A stretch of DNA of 63,248 bases, filler included, from Octopus bimaculoides (taxonomy: Eukaryota): assembly GCF_001194135.2 (NCBI RefSeq). It is 5 parts of 5 records of this genome, joined end to end, with 100 filler letters (N's around TTAATTAATTAA, not from the genome) between each part and the next. Parts side by side here need not be neighbours in the genome. Positions count along the whole stretch, not along the records: positions 11,501 to 26,668 come from NC_068987.1; positions 26,769 to 47,085 come from NC_069007.1; 3 more parts are not named here. One strand, 5' to 3'. Below, in pieces: positions 14,054 to 27,584 of the stretch (position 1 is its first letter; every line of letters starts with the position of its first letter). The notes under the pieces are model-generated. The model was given only the letters and a program-made list of their open reading frames with translations, was not told the origin of the DNA and did no database searches. Made by a program: the position numbers and the translations under genes.

Positions 14054-14320
14054 GTATATATACGCATATATACATACACACACACAAACAAACACCCTCA
14101 CACACATGTTTTTCCTGTATGTATGTGAGTGTATGTGTGTGTAGCTTTGTGTTTCTCCTCCTCATCGCTTGACAAACATTGTTGGTGTGTTTACTTCCCC
14201 GTAACTTAGCAGCTCGATCAAAGATACCGATGCAGTTAGTGCCATAAGTACTTGTGTTGATCCTCAACGCGGTGCCCCGGCATGGCCGCAGTCTACTGAG
14301 TGGAACTAGTCAGAGATAAA
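13823..14320 (+). mobile_element. SINE family A, diverged full-length copy
   Basis: Collinear with 27177-27567. Confidence 0.8.
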
Positions 14321-15377
14321 AGACGACAGGGTCGACTTAATACATCGTACATGAGATGGCCATAGGATAAACCGTATATTTCTAGAAAATGCTTAACATG
14401 ACACGTTTCAATGACTTTTTATTGCTACCAAAAATATTGACTGAAAAAATTCAGTTATCTTCCACTGATTCGATAGTCTGAGGTGAAACTTTAAAATTTC
14501 AGAATTTTCTAAAGTACTAAGTACTTTAGTGCTAAACAATTCTGTACAAAGTATTTTAAAGTGACGCGGAAAACCTCCAATATACAGTTTTACTTGATAA
14601 CCAAGTAAACACGATTTCGTTTGAGGCAGGCAAGTTCCTTTGATTTACGTGAGACTTCTACGTTAAGCTATGAATAAACAAAGCAGATCTATGACTGAAC
14701 GTTCAATCAACACCGGTAGCCAAGCGAATATCAAAAATTCAAACGGTTTCTGTATTATGTCTTTGTTAAACAAGGAAAAACATCAAAACTGTTCGTCCTC
14801 TTTTAAAATTTAGTCAGTACTTACGATCGTTGAAGTAGGTAATATTATGGACTTATGCTGATTGATGCTTGTGAAAAAAAGAGAAAAGAGACGTGTATAC
14901 GGAATGTATTTTATAAAGGTAGGGTGTCAGGGAGCTGGCAGAATCGTTAGAATAACGGACAAAATGCCTAGCAGCACTTCTTTCGGATTTACGTTCAGTT
15001 CAAAAGCTGCAGAGGTCAGCTTAGCATTTCATTCTTTCTAAATCGATAAAGTAAGTGGTAGTGGAACATTGGAGTTGATGCAATCGACTTGAGGTTGGCC
15101 AAACCTAATATTCTCAGTTTGGTCTGCGATGCTTGGACATGTCGCAAGTGGCCCACACTGAACCTGTACAGGTAATGGCAATTTGAGGGAGTGAATGAGC
15201 TAGTGAAGAGCACAAGTATTTAATCATTACGAATAAGTCATCTGTGTAGGCTGTTCAGCAAATCAGTCGCACAACCTTCATCTGTTGTTTGTGACAGAAG
15301 AGCCCAGCGTCGGCGAGGATTAATCAGGTAAAACGCCGAGTAAAGATGCATACATACATACATACATACATATATGA

Positions 15378-15423
<46 letters not shown>

Positions 15424-15515
15424 NNNNNNNNNNNNNNNNNNNNNNNNNNNNNNNNNNNNNNNNNNNNNNNNNNNNNNNNNNNNNNNNNNNNNNNNNNNNN
15501 NNNNNNNNNNNNNNN

Positions 15516-15720
15516 NGCACTATAATTCTATTAACAGTAGCAAGAGGAATTTGAAGATTTTCGGCAATTTTTCGCTGGCTAAGACCAGCCTCAGATTGCC
15601 CAACAATACAACCTCTTTGGTTACTCTTTGCAAATGTTTAATATAATGGCACCTGGAATGAAAAAGAATAACTACATTGTAAATTCCACACCGTTGAAAA
15701 CATATTAAGACGCTTAGATC
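15516..15720 (-). mobile_element. Tc1-like transposase N-terminal relic, cut by an N gap
   Basis: [33 protein letters not shown], a paired-like HTH of Tc1. Confidence 0.7.
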
Positions 15721-15766
15721 AGAAATTTTGAAAATTAAAGGTGTCTATTTACCTCCTGCATGTCTG

Positions 15767-15798
<32 letters not shown>

Positions 15799-16106
15799 GG
15801 TGCGTATATGTGCGCATATGTGTGTGTGCGTGTCTATGTATGTATGTATGTATGTATATATGTATGTATCTATCTATCAATCTCTCTCTCTCTCACTATG
15901 TATATATATACATACATACATATATACATTATAAAATAAACATTGAGTTTAAGTTGGTGATTATTTATCCAATTTTACATAACCACGTAAACATGCCGTT
16001 TGGTAACACGTCATTAACTAAACATTAGTGTTTAGGTTTATTCATAGGAATGTATTTATATGCAAATGGGCAATATTTCTCGTATGTATATAGTGCGTTT
16101 GTATGA

Positions 16107-16149
<43 letters not shown>

Positions 16150-16199
16150 CGTCAGTAAGTAAAGTCAATTTTTAGACTAATATGCGCAAATAAATGCAT

Positions 16200-16561
16200 A
16201 CATAGATGGGAGAGATTGAGAATAGCTAAACGGGTTGGTGGGTAGATAGATAAAAAGACGAATAGACAGACAAATAGTTTGATGGATAACTAGGTAGATA
16301 AATAGACAGATCGATCGATAGATAATAGCAAATAGACTAACGATAGATAAATATAAATAGATTGATAGTTACAGAAATAAACAGAGATAAACAGATATAG
16401 ATAGATAAACAGAAATACAAATAGACAGGGAGACAGACCGACAGATAGATAGTAAGTGATATAGACAGATAGACATACAGATAGACAGACAAATATATAT
16501 ATATATAGATAGGTAGTTAGATACAGGTATAGACAAAGAGACATACATATAGACAGACAAG

Positions 16562-16621
<60 letters not shown>

Positions 16622-16809
16622 GGTATAGACAAAGATACATACAGATAGACAGGGAGACAGACCAAGAGATAGATAGAAAGAAATATAAACAGGGAGACAG
16701 ACCAACAGATAGATAGAAAGAGATATAGACAGATAGATATACAGATAGACAGACAAATAGATAGATAAGCAGAGGTATAGACAAAGAGACTTACAGATAG
16801 ACAGACAAG

Positions 16810-16853
<44 letters not shown>

Positions 16854-16880
16854 AAGTGGTATAGATAGACAGATAGATAT
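16200..16880. repeat. Degenerate (GATA)n/(GACA)n tract
   Basis: Directly visible. Confidence 0.95.
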
Positions 16881-17019
16881 GAAATGAATATAAAACGACT
16901 GACTTAATTCCAGTTGTGTAAACTAATCTTAGTACTGAGTTATAGAATTTCAAAATGGCGGTGAATTCGTCGCGTTATTAGACGGTCCGATGTTACGCAT
17001 TGCAGCATACGTTCTCTCT

Positions 17020-17380
17020 CTCTTCGCTCCAGTTCATTCTGCAGAATATTCTCAACTCTCTCTCCCGGGATATGCTAATAGTATTGGCTATTTGATTTAT
17101 AATCAGTCGCCAGTCATCTCTCACCATGTGGTAAACACGATGTTTTCTTCAGTGATGGCAGTTGCAGGATGTCAACAGTCTCCCTTCTCTTTCAAAAATC
17201 AGCTGACCCCATTTGCATTTTTGATCATGCTGGAGCGTCATCCCGTAATATAGCAACCATATCAGCATAAATGTCATGGGTGCTAAACCCTTTTTCTGCA
17301 GGTACTTGATAACATCACGAGGCCAAATTTCGCTACTGGTTACATTTGAAGTCTTCTCTGAACCGTTAGATTTCAGTTTA
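17020..17380 (-). mobile_element. Mariner transposase N-terminal HTH relic
   Basis: Frameshifted DVIKYLQKKGLAP..ADMVAILRDDAP and AITEENI..HMV.DD.RL.INQIANTISISRE..ENIL.NEL. Confidence 0.7.
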
Positions 17381-18678
17381 CCTGGAAAGAAACAATGCGA
17401 TTATTAATAAGAAGTGCTGGAATTAATACATGCCAGATTTCATTGCTTTAGCATCACTTTTTGGTAGTCATCCCATAAAATTTTCGGCGATCGCTCGTAT
17501 ATGTGTATTCATATACATGCGTAGATGTGAGTATGCAAAAAAATTCTTCAAGGCAGTGCCCCAGCATGGTCGGTGTCTAATGACTGAAACAAATAAAAGA
17601 TGAAAGATGGACACATAACAAAAATATAAATAGAGAGAAAAAATAATAAGAGAGAGCGAAAGCGAGAGAGGATGAAGAAGATAGATGTCTAAGTAGATTG
17701 GAAAATGAGACGGGCAATAATGAGACTTCAAGATGACTAATACATACATACATCCNNNNNNNNNNNNNNNNNNNNNNNNNNNNNNNNNNNNNNNNNNNNN
17801 NNNNNNNNNNNNNNNNNNNNNNNNNNNNNNNNNNNNNNNNNNNNNNNNNNNNNNNNNNNNNNNNNNNNNNNNNNNNNNNNNNNNNNNNNNNNNNNNNNNN
17901 NNNNNNNNNNNNNNNNNNNNNNNNNNNNNNNNNNNNNNNNNNNNNNNNNNNNNNNNNNNNNNNNNNNNNNNNNNNNNNNNNNNNNNNNNNNNNNNNNNNN
18001 NNNNNNNNNNNNNNNNNNNNNNNNNNNNNNNNNNNNNNNNNNNNNNNNNNNNNNNNNNNNNNNNNNNNNNNNNNNNNNNNNNNNNNNNNNNNNNNNNNNN
18101 NNNNNNNNNNNNNNNNNNNNNNNNNNNNNNNNNNNNNNNNNNNNNNNNNNNNNNNNNNNNNNNNNNNNNNNNNNNNNNNNNNNNNNNNNNNNNNNNNNNN
18201 NNNNNNNNNNNNNNNNNNNNNNNNNNNNNNNNNNNNNNNNNNNNNNNNNNNNNNNNNNNNNNNNNNNNNNNNNNNNNNNNNNNNNNNNNNNNNNNNNNNN
18301 NNNNNNNNNNNNNNNNNNNNNNNNNNNNNNNNNNNNNNNNNNNNNNNNNNNNNNNNNNNNNNNNNNNNNNNNNNNNNNNNNNNNNNNNNNNNNNNNNNNN
18401 NNNNNNNNNNNNNNNNNNNNNNNNNNNNNNNNNNNNNNNNNNNNNNNNNNNNNNNNNNNNNNNNNNNNNNNNNNNNNNNNNNNNNNNNNNNNNNNNNNNN
18501 NNNNNNNNNNNNNNNNNNNNNNNNNNNNNNNNNNNNNNNNNNNNNNNNNNNNNNNNNNNNNNNNNNNNNNNNNNNNNNNNNNNNNNNNNNNNNNNNNNNN
18601 NNNNNNNNNNNNNNNNNNNNNNNNNNNNNNNNNNNNNNNNNNNNNNNNNNNNNNNNNNNNNNNNNNNNNNNNNNNNNN

Positions 18679-18711
<33 letters not shown>

Positions 18712-18825
18712 CTTGTAAGCATATATCTCCAGATTTTCTATAGAATTGAGTGCCAGCAAAACGAAATACGGTGTCCCTACCAGCAATTAACAAACACTCG
18801 AACATACATACACACGCGCACGCAC

Positions 18826-18856
<31 letters not shown>

Positions 18857-20781
18857 AACACAAATATATATAGATACATATCTTATATAAATAGGAATAT
18901 AAGTGGAGAGACATTTTCTTAAGAATTCTTCGTTAACAATAGATTTCTTCTATTGTGTTTGTTTTATGACAGTCAGTCATCGAAAATGTATGTAGGTTCC
19001 TAGTATACTTGTGTGCGAGTGTGCGTGCGCGCGTGTGTGTGTGTGTGTGTGTAGTATATAATTAGATCCTAACTGAAATTTTCATTATAAAATATTAAAG
19101 TATGAGCAATGAAATATTAACTTAAACGAACAGGCGCAGGCATGACTTTGTGCTCAAGAAGCTCGGTTCGCAACCATGTTGTTTCGGGTTCAATCCCATT
19201 GCGCGGCACGCATGGTAAAATTTTTCTACTATATTTTCGTGCCTTATGAGTGAATTCGGTAGATGGAAACTGTGTGGAAGCCCGTTATGCATACATACAT
19301 ACTTCTATTATCAGAATGGTGCTGAATGGTGCTGATGTATATATATACGTCGGGCTTCTTCGATTTCTGTCTCCCAAATTTACTCATAAGGATTTGATGG
19401 GCCCGAAGTTATTTGATGGGCCCAAGGTTATTTGATGTGTCCGAGGTAATTTGATGGGCCCGTCATACTTGCCTAAGGTGTCCCACAGCGGAATGAACCC
19501 GGCACCATGTGGTTGGGAAGCAAACTTCTTACCACACACTGTCACAGACATATTCGAGTTTGTACCTCCATCACTTGCCAACCCTTGTTGGTTTATTTAC
19601 GCCCCTGTAATTTAGCGATTCGACAATAGATTTCGATAGAATAAGTACCGGACTTCAAAAGGTAATTATGTACCGAGGTTATTTTGTTTGACTAAAACCC
19701 TTCAAGGCAGTGCCCCAGCATGGTCGCAGTGGAATGATTGAAACAATTTAGAGATAGGAGATGAAAGATAAACTTTATTAACTTTGACCGGAAATGGTAG
19801 ACAAACAAAATATGTTAAGTAAAGGTGTTCAATCGTTATTCGTGCTTCCGTCACACTGCGGCATCATCTGTCAAGAAAGCTATGCGGAGAGTATTGTGTG
19901 ATATTTATCAAAGACGTTATTAAACAGAACATCTCACTGGTCGTTAACATGAAAGAAGAGATACAGTTCAATACAGAAAGCTCGTCATATAATACTCAAG
20001 ACAGCAATATTAACAACTATTAATGTAATAACGTCACTGATAATATCTCTGACATAAGCAAAACAGCCACGTTCAAAAATGTGTGGAACGAGTCATGGCT
20101 TCATAATTGTTGAAGTCATCTGGACATGCGTGGCTTGTAAGAAAACAAAGTAAATATCCAGGCGTGGTAAGAAGCTTGCTTCCCAACCACATGGTTCCGG
20201 GTTCAGTCCCACTGCGTGGCACCTTGGACAAGTGTCTTCTACTATAATCTTCGGCTGACCAAAGATTTGTGTGTGTCGTGTATCTATGAATGTGTGAGTC
20301 TTGAAGACAGCGTTTAGGCAATTACATATGGTTTGTTATACGTATGTCATGATAGAGGAGCAGATAAGGCTCTGAGGGAGAATTAACAGCCATTTCCATA
20401 GACGCATTGAAGTACAGGTGACACACACACACAAATAAAATGGCCCAACATTCAGCCAATGGTCTGGCGCTTGATCATCGTAGAAGTCCGCAGTACTCCA
20501 TATATAGAATACAGCCAAAAAAATTCGTCTCCAATAATTTATAAACATATTAAAAGAACGGCAAGGCATCTATGAACTATGCGTAAAGGTCGATAAACTA
20601 TACAACTTTTAACAGGTTAATTTGACGCATATTCAGTGTTTCTGTCACAATTCATCTAAGAAGACATGCAATTTTTTCCACTACTAACCAAATCTTAATT
20701 TTTTTCATGTTAAAGCAGCGAGTTAGCTCAGAAAACATCTGGCCGTCTGCCAAAATTTGACAAAGTGTTATTATAATTATA

Positions 20782-20835
<54 letters not shown>

Positions 20836-20855
20836 GCTATCATCATCATCAGCAT

Positions 20856-20902
<47 letters not shown>

Positions 20903-21230
20903 TTGAATGAGAGAGTAGAGCGTGCCATCAAAGTGACACTGGGGTACAAATATACGAAGCCAAGTATACCCATCATGACTACCCGTCTGATAAGGGTACA
21001 CTAGGCACATGCATCACAACCATATGTGCGCGACATGGTGATCTCATATCAAGATAAACAGTGGATGATCATGCAAGTGGGGCCCAGGTAGAATTTTCTT
21101 CAGGTCGACTAGCCCATCCCGCTCAAAAGGTCCATGAATAAAAGTTGTTTAAGGATGTTGAACAAAACACCCATGTTTCCAGAGGTGAAGTATTCAAGCC
21201 CCTAAAAATTCCCCTCAGTACATGGCTATG
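20903..21230 (+). repeat. Unclassified interspersed repeat; second copy inverted at about 62200-62555
   Basis: Shared blocks gtatacccatcatgactacccgtct, gatctcatatcaagataaacag and aaaacacccatgtttcc. Confidence 0.8.
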
Positions 21231-22103
21231 ATGTTTATTATTATTGTATTAGGTATTATCGTTAAAGCAGCGAACTGGTAGAGAGATTAGCACGCCGGGC
21301 AAAGTGCTTAGCGGCAATTCGTCCGTCATTACAATCTGAGTTCAGATCCGGCCGAGATCAACTTTACCTTTCATCATTCCGGGGTCGATAAAATAAGTAC
21401 CATTTGAACACTGGTGTCAATGTAATTGACTTAGCACCTCTACTGCGATTGCCGGCTTTGTGCCAAAATTTGAAACCATTATTATCAAGGTGACAAACTG
21501 GCAGAGTTGTTAGCATTTTGGATCTTCTGTTTTTTTTTAATTCTCAACCACATGGTTCCGGGTTCAGTCCCACTGCGTGGCACTTTGGGCAAGTACCTTC
21601 TACTATAGCCACGGGCCGACCAAAGCCTTGTGAGTGAATTTGGTAGATAGAAACTGAAAGAAGCCTGTCGTATGTATATATAAATATGTGTGTATGTATT
21701 TGTGTGTCTGAGTTTCGGCAATAGAGACTGATAGAGAAGGTACTAGGCTCACGAAGAATAAGTCCTGGGGTCGATTTCTTCGGCTAAAGGCGGTGCTCCA
21801 GAATGGCCCCGGTCAAATGACTGAAACAAGTAAAAGAATAAAAGAATATGTATATATACGATGGGCTTCTTTCAGATTTCGTTCACAAGGTTTTGCTCGG
21901 GACGGGGCTGTAGTAGAAGACACATGACCAAAATGTCACGCATAGGAACTGAACCCGGCACCATGTGGCTGATAAGCAAATTTCTTATCAGGTAACGATT
22001 TCTGCGCTTTTTTCCCATTGAAACTCATCCCAAGAAAAGAAAGAAGGCATAAGAGATTCGGTTTCCGAACAAGACCGAAAACTGAGGCGAAAATTATACA
22101 TAC

Positions 22104-22150
22104 AGCAAGTCTATCTTGCTGGGCATTGCATTGTCTCTCGATACTATCAT
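22104..22150 (-). CDS. Candidate 47-nt exon, phase-compatible with PANK4 exon 13: (D)DSIERQCNAQQDRLA
   Basis: Strong acceptor ttgcatttttcattcttcag and donor GCT|GTATGT; phase 1 to 0 is open, but it lacks the RPWLxD motif expected next. Confidence 0.2.
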
Positions 22151-22389
22151 CTGAAGAATGAAAAATGCAAATATATGAAAAGCGAAAACAGAAAGACGAG
22201 AACTAAAAGTAAAATGGCTGTTTTTGGTGCATTCAGCAACTTTGATTTCAATCAACTCGTTGCGCTGCTGAATACGATAGATTTAGACAATTATCTTGGC
22301 AGCTTCTGATTATATCAGATAATATTAGAGAAGAGACAAAGAAACCAACTGAAAAGGTCAACTGGGAACAATGACAACACAGTGTCATT

Positions 22390-22445
<56 letters not shown>

Positions 22446-22735
22446 GTCATTCTTGTCGTTGTTGTTGGTTGAATAAAATGTTCGATCGACAAATCTGGCA
22501 GTGCGCTTGTCGATGGTGTCGACCAGCAGGAAAATGTTGTGCAGAGCTGATGACTATAATGTAAGTCGCAGTACTATAATAATGGTGGGTGGAGATAGTG
22601 GGGTGGTGGTGGTGGTGGTGGTGGTGAGAGTAGATGTAATATTGATGTTAGCGTTGACGTTGATTTTAGTGCTAACATTGTTGCCATATTGGCATTTCCA
22701 CTCCATAATGTTGAACTGTCATGTTAGATCATACG

Positions 22736-22769
<34 letters not shown>

Positions 22770-23371
22770 TAAATGAATACATAAGTACGTATGTATATAT
22801 ATACATATGTATGCATGTATAAATGAATGTATTTGCGTATATATGTATGTATATCTATGTATGTATCTATCTGTATATANNNNNNNNNNNNNNNNNNNNN
22901 NNNNNNNNNNNNNNNNNNNNNNNNNNNNNNNNNNNNNNNNNNNNNNNNNNNNNNNNNNNNNNNNNNNNNNNNNNNNNNNNNNNNNNNNNNNNNNNNNNNN
23001 NNNNNNNNNNNNNNNNNNNNNNNNNNNNNNNNNNNNNNNNNNNNNNNNNNNNNNNNNNNNNNNNNNNNNNNNNNNNNNNNNNNNNNNNNNNNNNNNNNNN
23101 NNNNNNNNNNNNNNNNNNNNNNNNNNNNNNNNNNNNNNNNNNNNNNNNNNNNNNNNNNNNNNNNNNNNNNNNNNNNNNNNNNNNNNNNNNNNNNNNNNNN
23201 NNNNNNNNNNNNNNNNNNNNNNNNNNNNNNNNNNNNNNNNNNNNNNNNNNNNNNNNNNNNNNNNNNNNNNNNNNNNNNNNNNNNNNNNNNNNNNNNATAT
23301 CTCATCCCAAAATTAAAGTATTTTGAAAAAATATCAATAATCTGAACTATATTTTGGCTAAATTTAACAGT

Positions 23372-23960
23372 TTACTCAAAGTAGACGCCCTCAGCTTCCA
23401 CCACGGCCTCAAGACGGCTTTGGAACCTGGCGTATGTGTTCCCCTCTTTGTCCTTGAGAAGATCTTCGAAAATCTGCTCGATCTTGGTCACCTGCTCGGC
23501 CACGGTGCTGCAGGCAGAGCGGTTGGTGTCTTTCTCAACCATATTCCACATACAGTAATCTATGGGATTACAATCAGGGAAATTAGCAGGCCAGAAATTG
23601 GGGCTGATTAAGTCGTACAAATTCTTCGGCGGTCACCTCTGTCTCTTTCTTGAGGTATGGCAAGGAGCTGAATCCTGCTGCCTCTCATGACCATCCAGCA
23701 GCAACCCTTTTCAGCCAGAGATATACTACAGCCTCTAACAGCCTTACATATCCGTCTGAATTAATCCTAAAGCCCTGTTCAAAGATATGAGGCGGAATAC
23801 AGGCGAGCGGGCGCAATGAAGACGTCTGCTGTGTCCTTTCCTCCTGGTCCTGAGTTCGGAGACTACGTTACAGCTGTCCATGTCATGTCTTACTGTGTTT
23901 ACAGTGTTTACAGAGCATTGTGCAGCAATCATGATACTGGCATATTAATACCTGGCGCGA
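23372..23960 (-). mobile_element. maT (DD37D) Tc1/mariner transposase relic, internally deleted
   Basis: QQDSAPCHTS...WPANFPDCNPIDY with 37 residues between the last two Asp; C-terminus ARFQSRLEAVVEAEGVYFE*; in-frame stop and frameshifts. Confidence 0.85.
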
Positions 23961-25490
23961 ATCATTATGATACAGGTAACTCTTTTTCCAATATTGAGAT
24001 GGTTTACGCACACACACACTCACACACAAGACAGACTCCTTTCAGTTTCCGTCTACCAAGACCACTCGCAAGGCTTTGGTAGGCACAAGGCTATAGTAGA
24101 ACACAAATACTCAAGGTGACACTCAATAGATCTGAACCCAGTATCATGCGGTTAGTTAGCAAACCCCCTTTTACCACACAGCCACGCACGTGTGTGAGTG
24201 TATGTGGTGTAAAAACCTGGTACTCCATTAGCGCTAATAAAAACGTTTAAATAATGAGAAGTGACATTAAGACTACTCTGAGTTTGGCGTTATCACTTTT
24301 CTGTGACATCTGTAAGAATTACTAATTTAGTGTAACCGAGTCTAATAAATAAGTTTCTAATATTTTAAAGGTTAAAAACTTCAAAAATATAAAATTTTTC
24401 CGTTGTCAAGGTAAAATTTTATTAAAATGAAAATACTTTGAGTCTGAGAGGCAAACGGGAACAATGAAGCAAAGAAATATAAGATAAGACATAAAAGAAG
24501 AAATGAAGGAGAAAATGCCTGAAGTCAAAAGGAAAGAATAATGCGGAAGCGAAATGGAAATGGTGACGAAACGAAGAGAATTGAAAGAGAAGAAAGAAAT
24601 AAGAAGGAATTCATATGTGTCTGTTGGTAATATATGACAAAGTGTCCACGTATTGGGAATAAGTGGTGTTGGTGAGCAAAGAATGAAGAAAATATTCAAG
24701 TGTTTGAGAGAGGAGGGGAGAGAGAAAATGTAAGATGGAGTAATATTAAAATAGAAATAGAAATTTGGATGTAAAATTGTAACTATATAAAATATGAAGG
24801 AATATATATATATCAAGACTTAGAAAACAGAATGGGGAAAATGGGAAGAAGAGAGTAAGAATAAAATAGAAAAAAAAGGAGAGTGGAGAATTGTAGACGC
24901 CTGAAATAATACAGAGTTTGAAGTAAAGTAGTGAAGCTCACTCATACGTTTATCGAAAAGCTGAACAGAAATAAAAGGAAAACGAGACATAAAGGATGAA
25001 GACGAAGGTAAGGATGAAGACGAAGGTAAGGACGAAGAAAAAAATGTGGGGATGAAGAAAATAGAAAAAAGATAAATATTATTTGTATCAGGAAAGTAGT
25101 TGGTTAGTTATGTGATATATCAAAATCGTCAGAATTTTTTCCTGCAATTCTTATTAAAGAAATTCAATTTACTAAAAATGTCTATTCAAAGTGGTTACCT
25201 AACGATGTCTTTGACAACGCCAAGTTTACAGAGGTGCCATAGTTCCATAATGAAAGTATTCCTTTCGTTTATTCCTTTATTTGTTTCAGTCATTTGATTG
25301 CGGCCATGCTGGAGCACCGCCTTTAGACGAGCAAATCGACCCCATGACTTATTCTTTGTAAACCTAGTACTTATTCTATCGGTCTCTCTTGCCGAACCGC
25401 TATGTGATGGGGACGTAAACACACCAGTATCGGTTGTCAAGTGATGTTGGGGAGACAAACAAAGACACACAAACACAAACACACACACGC

Positions 25491-25541
<51 letters not shown>

Positions 25542-25643
25542 AAAATATTTAGCGGAAGCAACAGAGTGACTCAAAGACCGAGAGTTTCGTGTGTTGGAAA
25601 AGTCATGTCCCATGAATCACTCTGTTCTGACAATTTATAAAAA

Positions 25644-25727
<84 letters not shown>

Positions 25728-26164
25728 CTTGTTTGTTTGTGTGTGTGAGTGTATGCATATACGTATGCATATGTGTGTCTGTGTGTCTTAAATGGCGAAC
25801 AATATGTTTACGCAAGCTTATATTCACCATCACTCTCATATGATTTATTATTCTTTTTCGACTTGGGTGCAGTTTCTTCTCTGCTAACGAAGAGAGCAGA
25901 TTGAAAACCATTTCCAGCGCTCAGCAGAGCATATTGACAATGTGCAACGTCATAGGCCTTTAATTGACATCCCAATATGGCGCCTATTCGGTTCGCATGA
26001 CTCCTCTGAGCTGAAGTTAAATCAGGCATTAAGCTGATTGCGAATCTATTTTGAATTCCTAAGGTCAGTGTTTGACAGATGGTCAGAAATTTATAGCCAC
26101 AAGTTCAACAGCTTGCAGAGAGAGAGAGAGGCATATTTTGCGATAATACCTACAATCGATGGAT

Positions 26165-26588
26165 GGTATATATATATATATATACATACTTATACATGCG
26201 TACACACACATATATATATATGTATACATGCATATATATAATACACATACATATATATATGTGTATATACATATATATATATATATACGTATACACATGC
26301 ATACACACATACATACATATACATATTTATATTTATATATATGTATATATGTATATATATATATATATATGTATATATATTTATATATATATACAGATAT
26401 ATACATATAGACACATGCATACACACACATACATACATGCGGACACATATATCTCTATATATATGTGTGTGTGTGTGCGTTTCCGCGGTCAATGTGTGTG
26501 TGTGTTTCCGCGGTCAGTGTATGTGTTTCCGTGTTCGACGACAATGTCAAATTTTCTGAGTGTTTTCTTTCTCAAGACTATGTCCGGC

Positions 26589-26668
<80 letters not shown>
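26165..26668. repeat. (TA)/(CA)/(TG) and (ATT)n microsatellite block; representative of dozens of SSRs, many flanking N gaps
   Basis: Directly visible. Confidence 0.95.
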
Positions 26669-26768
26669 NNNNNNNNNNNNNNNNNNNNNNNNNNNNNNNN
26701 NNNNNNNNNNNNTTAATTAATTAANNNNNNNNNNNNNNNNNNNNNNNNNNNNNNNNNNNNNNNNNNNN
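26669..26768. other. Synthetic gap spacer just downstream of PANK4 exon 13
   Basis: 44 N + TTAATTAATTAA + 44 N. Confidence 0.95.
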
Positions 26769-26862
26769 CTATGCAACGATGAAACTGTGTTTTCATTTTC
26801 TAAAAAAGCAACGTTCTGGACTTACGACAATTTTGCATAATAGCAACGATATATATTCTAAC

Positions 26863-27067
26863 CTTGAATTTTATTCATGGCTTCGGCAAATCCAAAGTTT
26901 TGTGTTTCCATGATGTCCACCACTTCTTTGGCACCCCAGTCGAACATATTGCCAGCCAGGACACCTTTCACCAGTGAAAACATCCGCTCTTCATATTTTT
27001 CGTTGTCTAATGTGTTCAAACGATCAACCAGGTGTCGAAGAGATAATTCATTTTCAGACAGTTTTAA
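26863..27067 (-). CDS. PANK4: PANK4 coding exon 13 (205 nt), last exon found: LKLSENELSL...LVKGVLAGNMFDWGAKEVV...FGFAEAMNKIQ
   Basis: Acceptor aatttccag; KGxLAGNxFDWGAK motif; donor CAAG|GTTAGA, phase 1 (read-through gives GGT TAG stop). Confidence 0.94.
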
Positions 27068-27176
27068 CTGGAAATTGGAGAAAGACAAAGAGAAGGAAGA
27101 AGAAGAGACATATATAAACTTTATCAGTTGAAGTCAGATATAAAGCTGGCAAAACATATGCACAAACATACACATA

Positions 27177-27567
27177 GGCGCAGGAGTGGCTGTGTGGTAA
27201 GTAGCTTGCTTACTAACCACATGGTTCCGGGTTCAATCCCACTGCGTGGCATCTTGGGCAAGTGTCTTCTACTATAGTCTCGGGCCGACCAAAGCCTTGT
27301 GAGTGGATCTGGTGGACGGAAACTGAAAGAAGCCCGTCGTATATATGTATATATATATGTGTGTATGTTTGTGTTTGTCACCCCACCATTGCTTGACAAC
27401 CGATGCTAGTGTGTTTACGTCTCCGTAATTTAGTGGTTCGGCAAAACGAGACCGGTAGAATAAGTACTAGGCTTACAAAGAATAAGTCCTGGGGTCGATT
27501 TGCTCGACTAAAGGCAGTGCTCCAGCATGGCCACAGTCAAATGACTGAAACAAGTAAAAGAGTAAAA
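27177..27567 (+). mobile_element. SINE family A, full length (tRNA-like head, internal (TA)n(TG)n, 3' module)
   Basis: A box tggctgtgtgg, B box ggttcaatccc. Other full or partial copies near 11525, 12320(-), 13823, 19133, 19340(-), 19560, 20160, 21545, 21860(-), 24030(-), 25255(-), 28537, 30126, 32636(-), 33245, 34968, 37615, 42450, 48190(-). Confidence 0.9.
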
Positions 27568-27584
27568 ATGAGAGAGACAGCTAC

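Noticed and set aside
14510-14530. Palindrome ctaaagtact-a-agtactttag
   Set aside because: 10-bp arms in AT-rich DNA are plausible by chance in 63 kb.
19391-19462. CRISPR-like direct repeats (also 39531-39584)
   Set aside because: Head-to-tail units with no spacers and no cas genes, in eukaryotic SINE context.
20073-20147. Possible terminal exon PRMSR* after an acceptor at about 20148 (minus strand)
   Set aside because: AAG acceptor next to a SINE boundary, no homology, five codons only.
25808-26029. 73-aa minus-strand ORF just downstream of exon 13 as a PANK4 continuation
   Set aside because: No DUF89 motif in any frame and no phase-1 acceptor leading into it.
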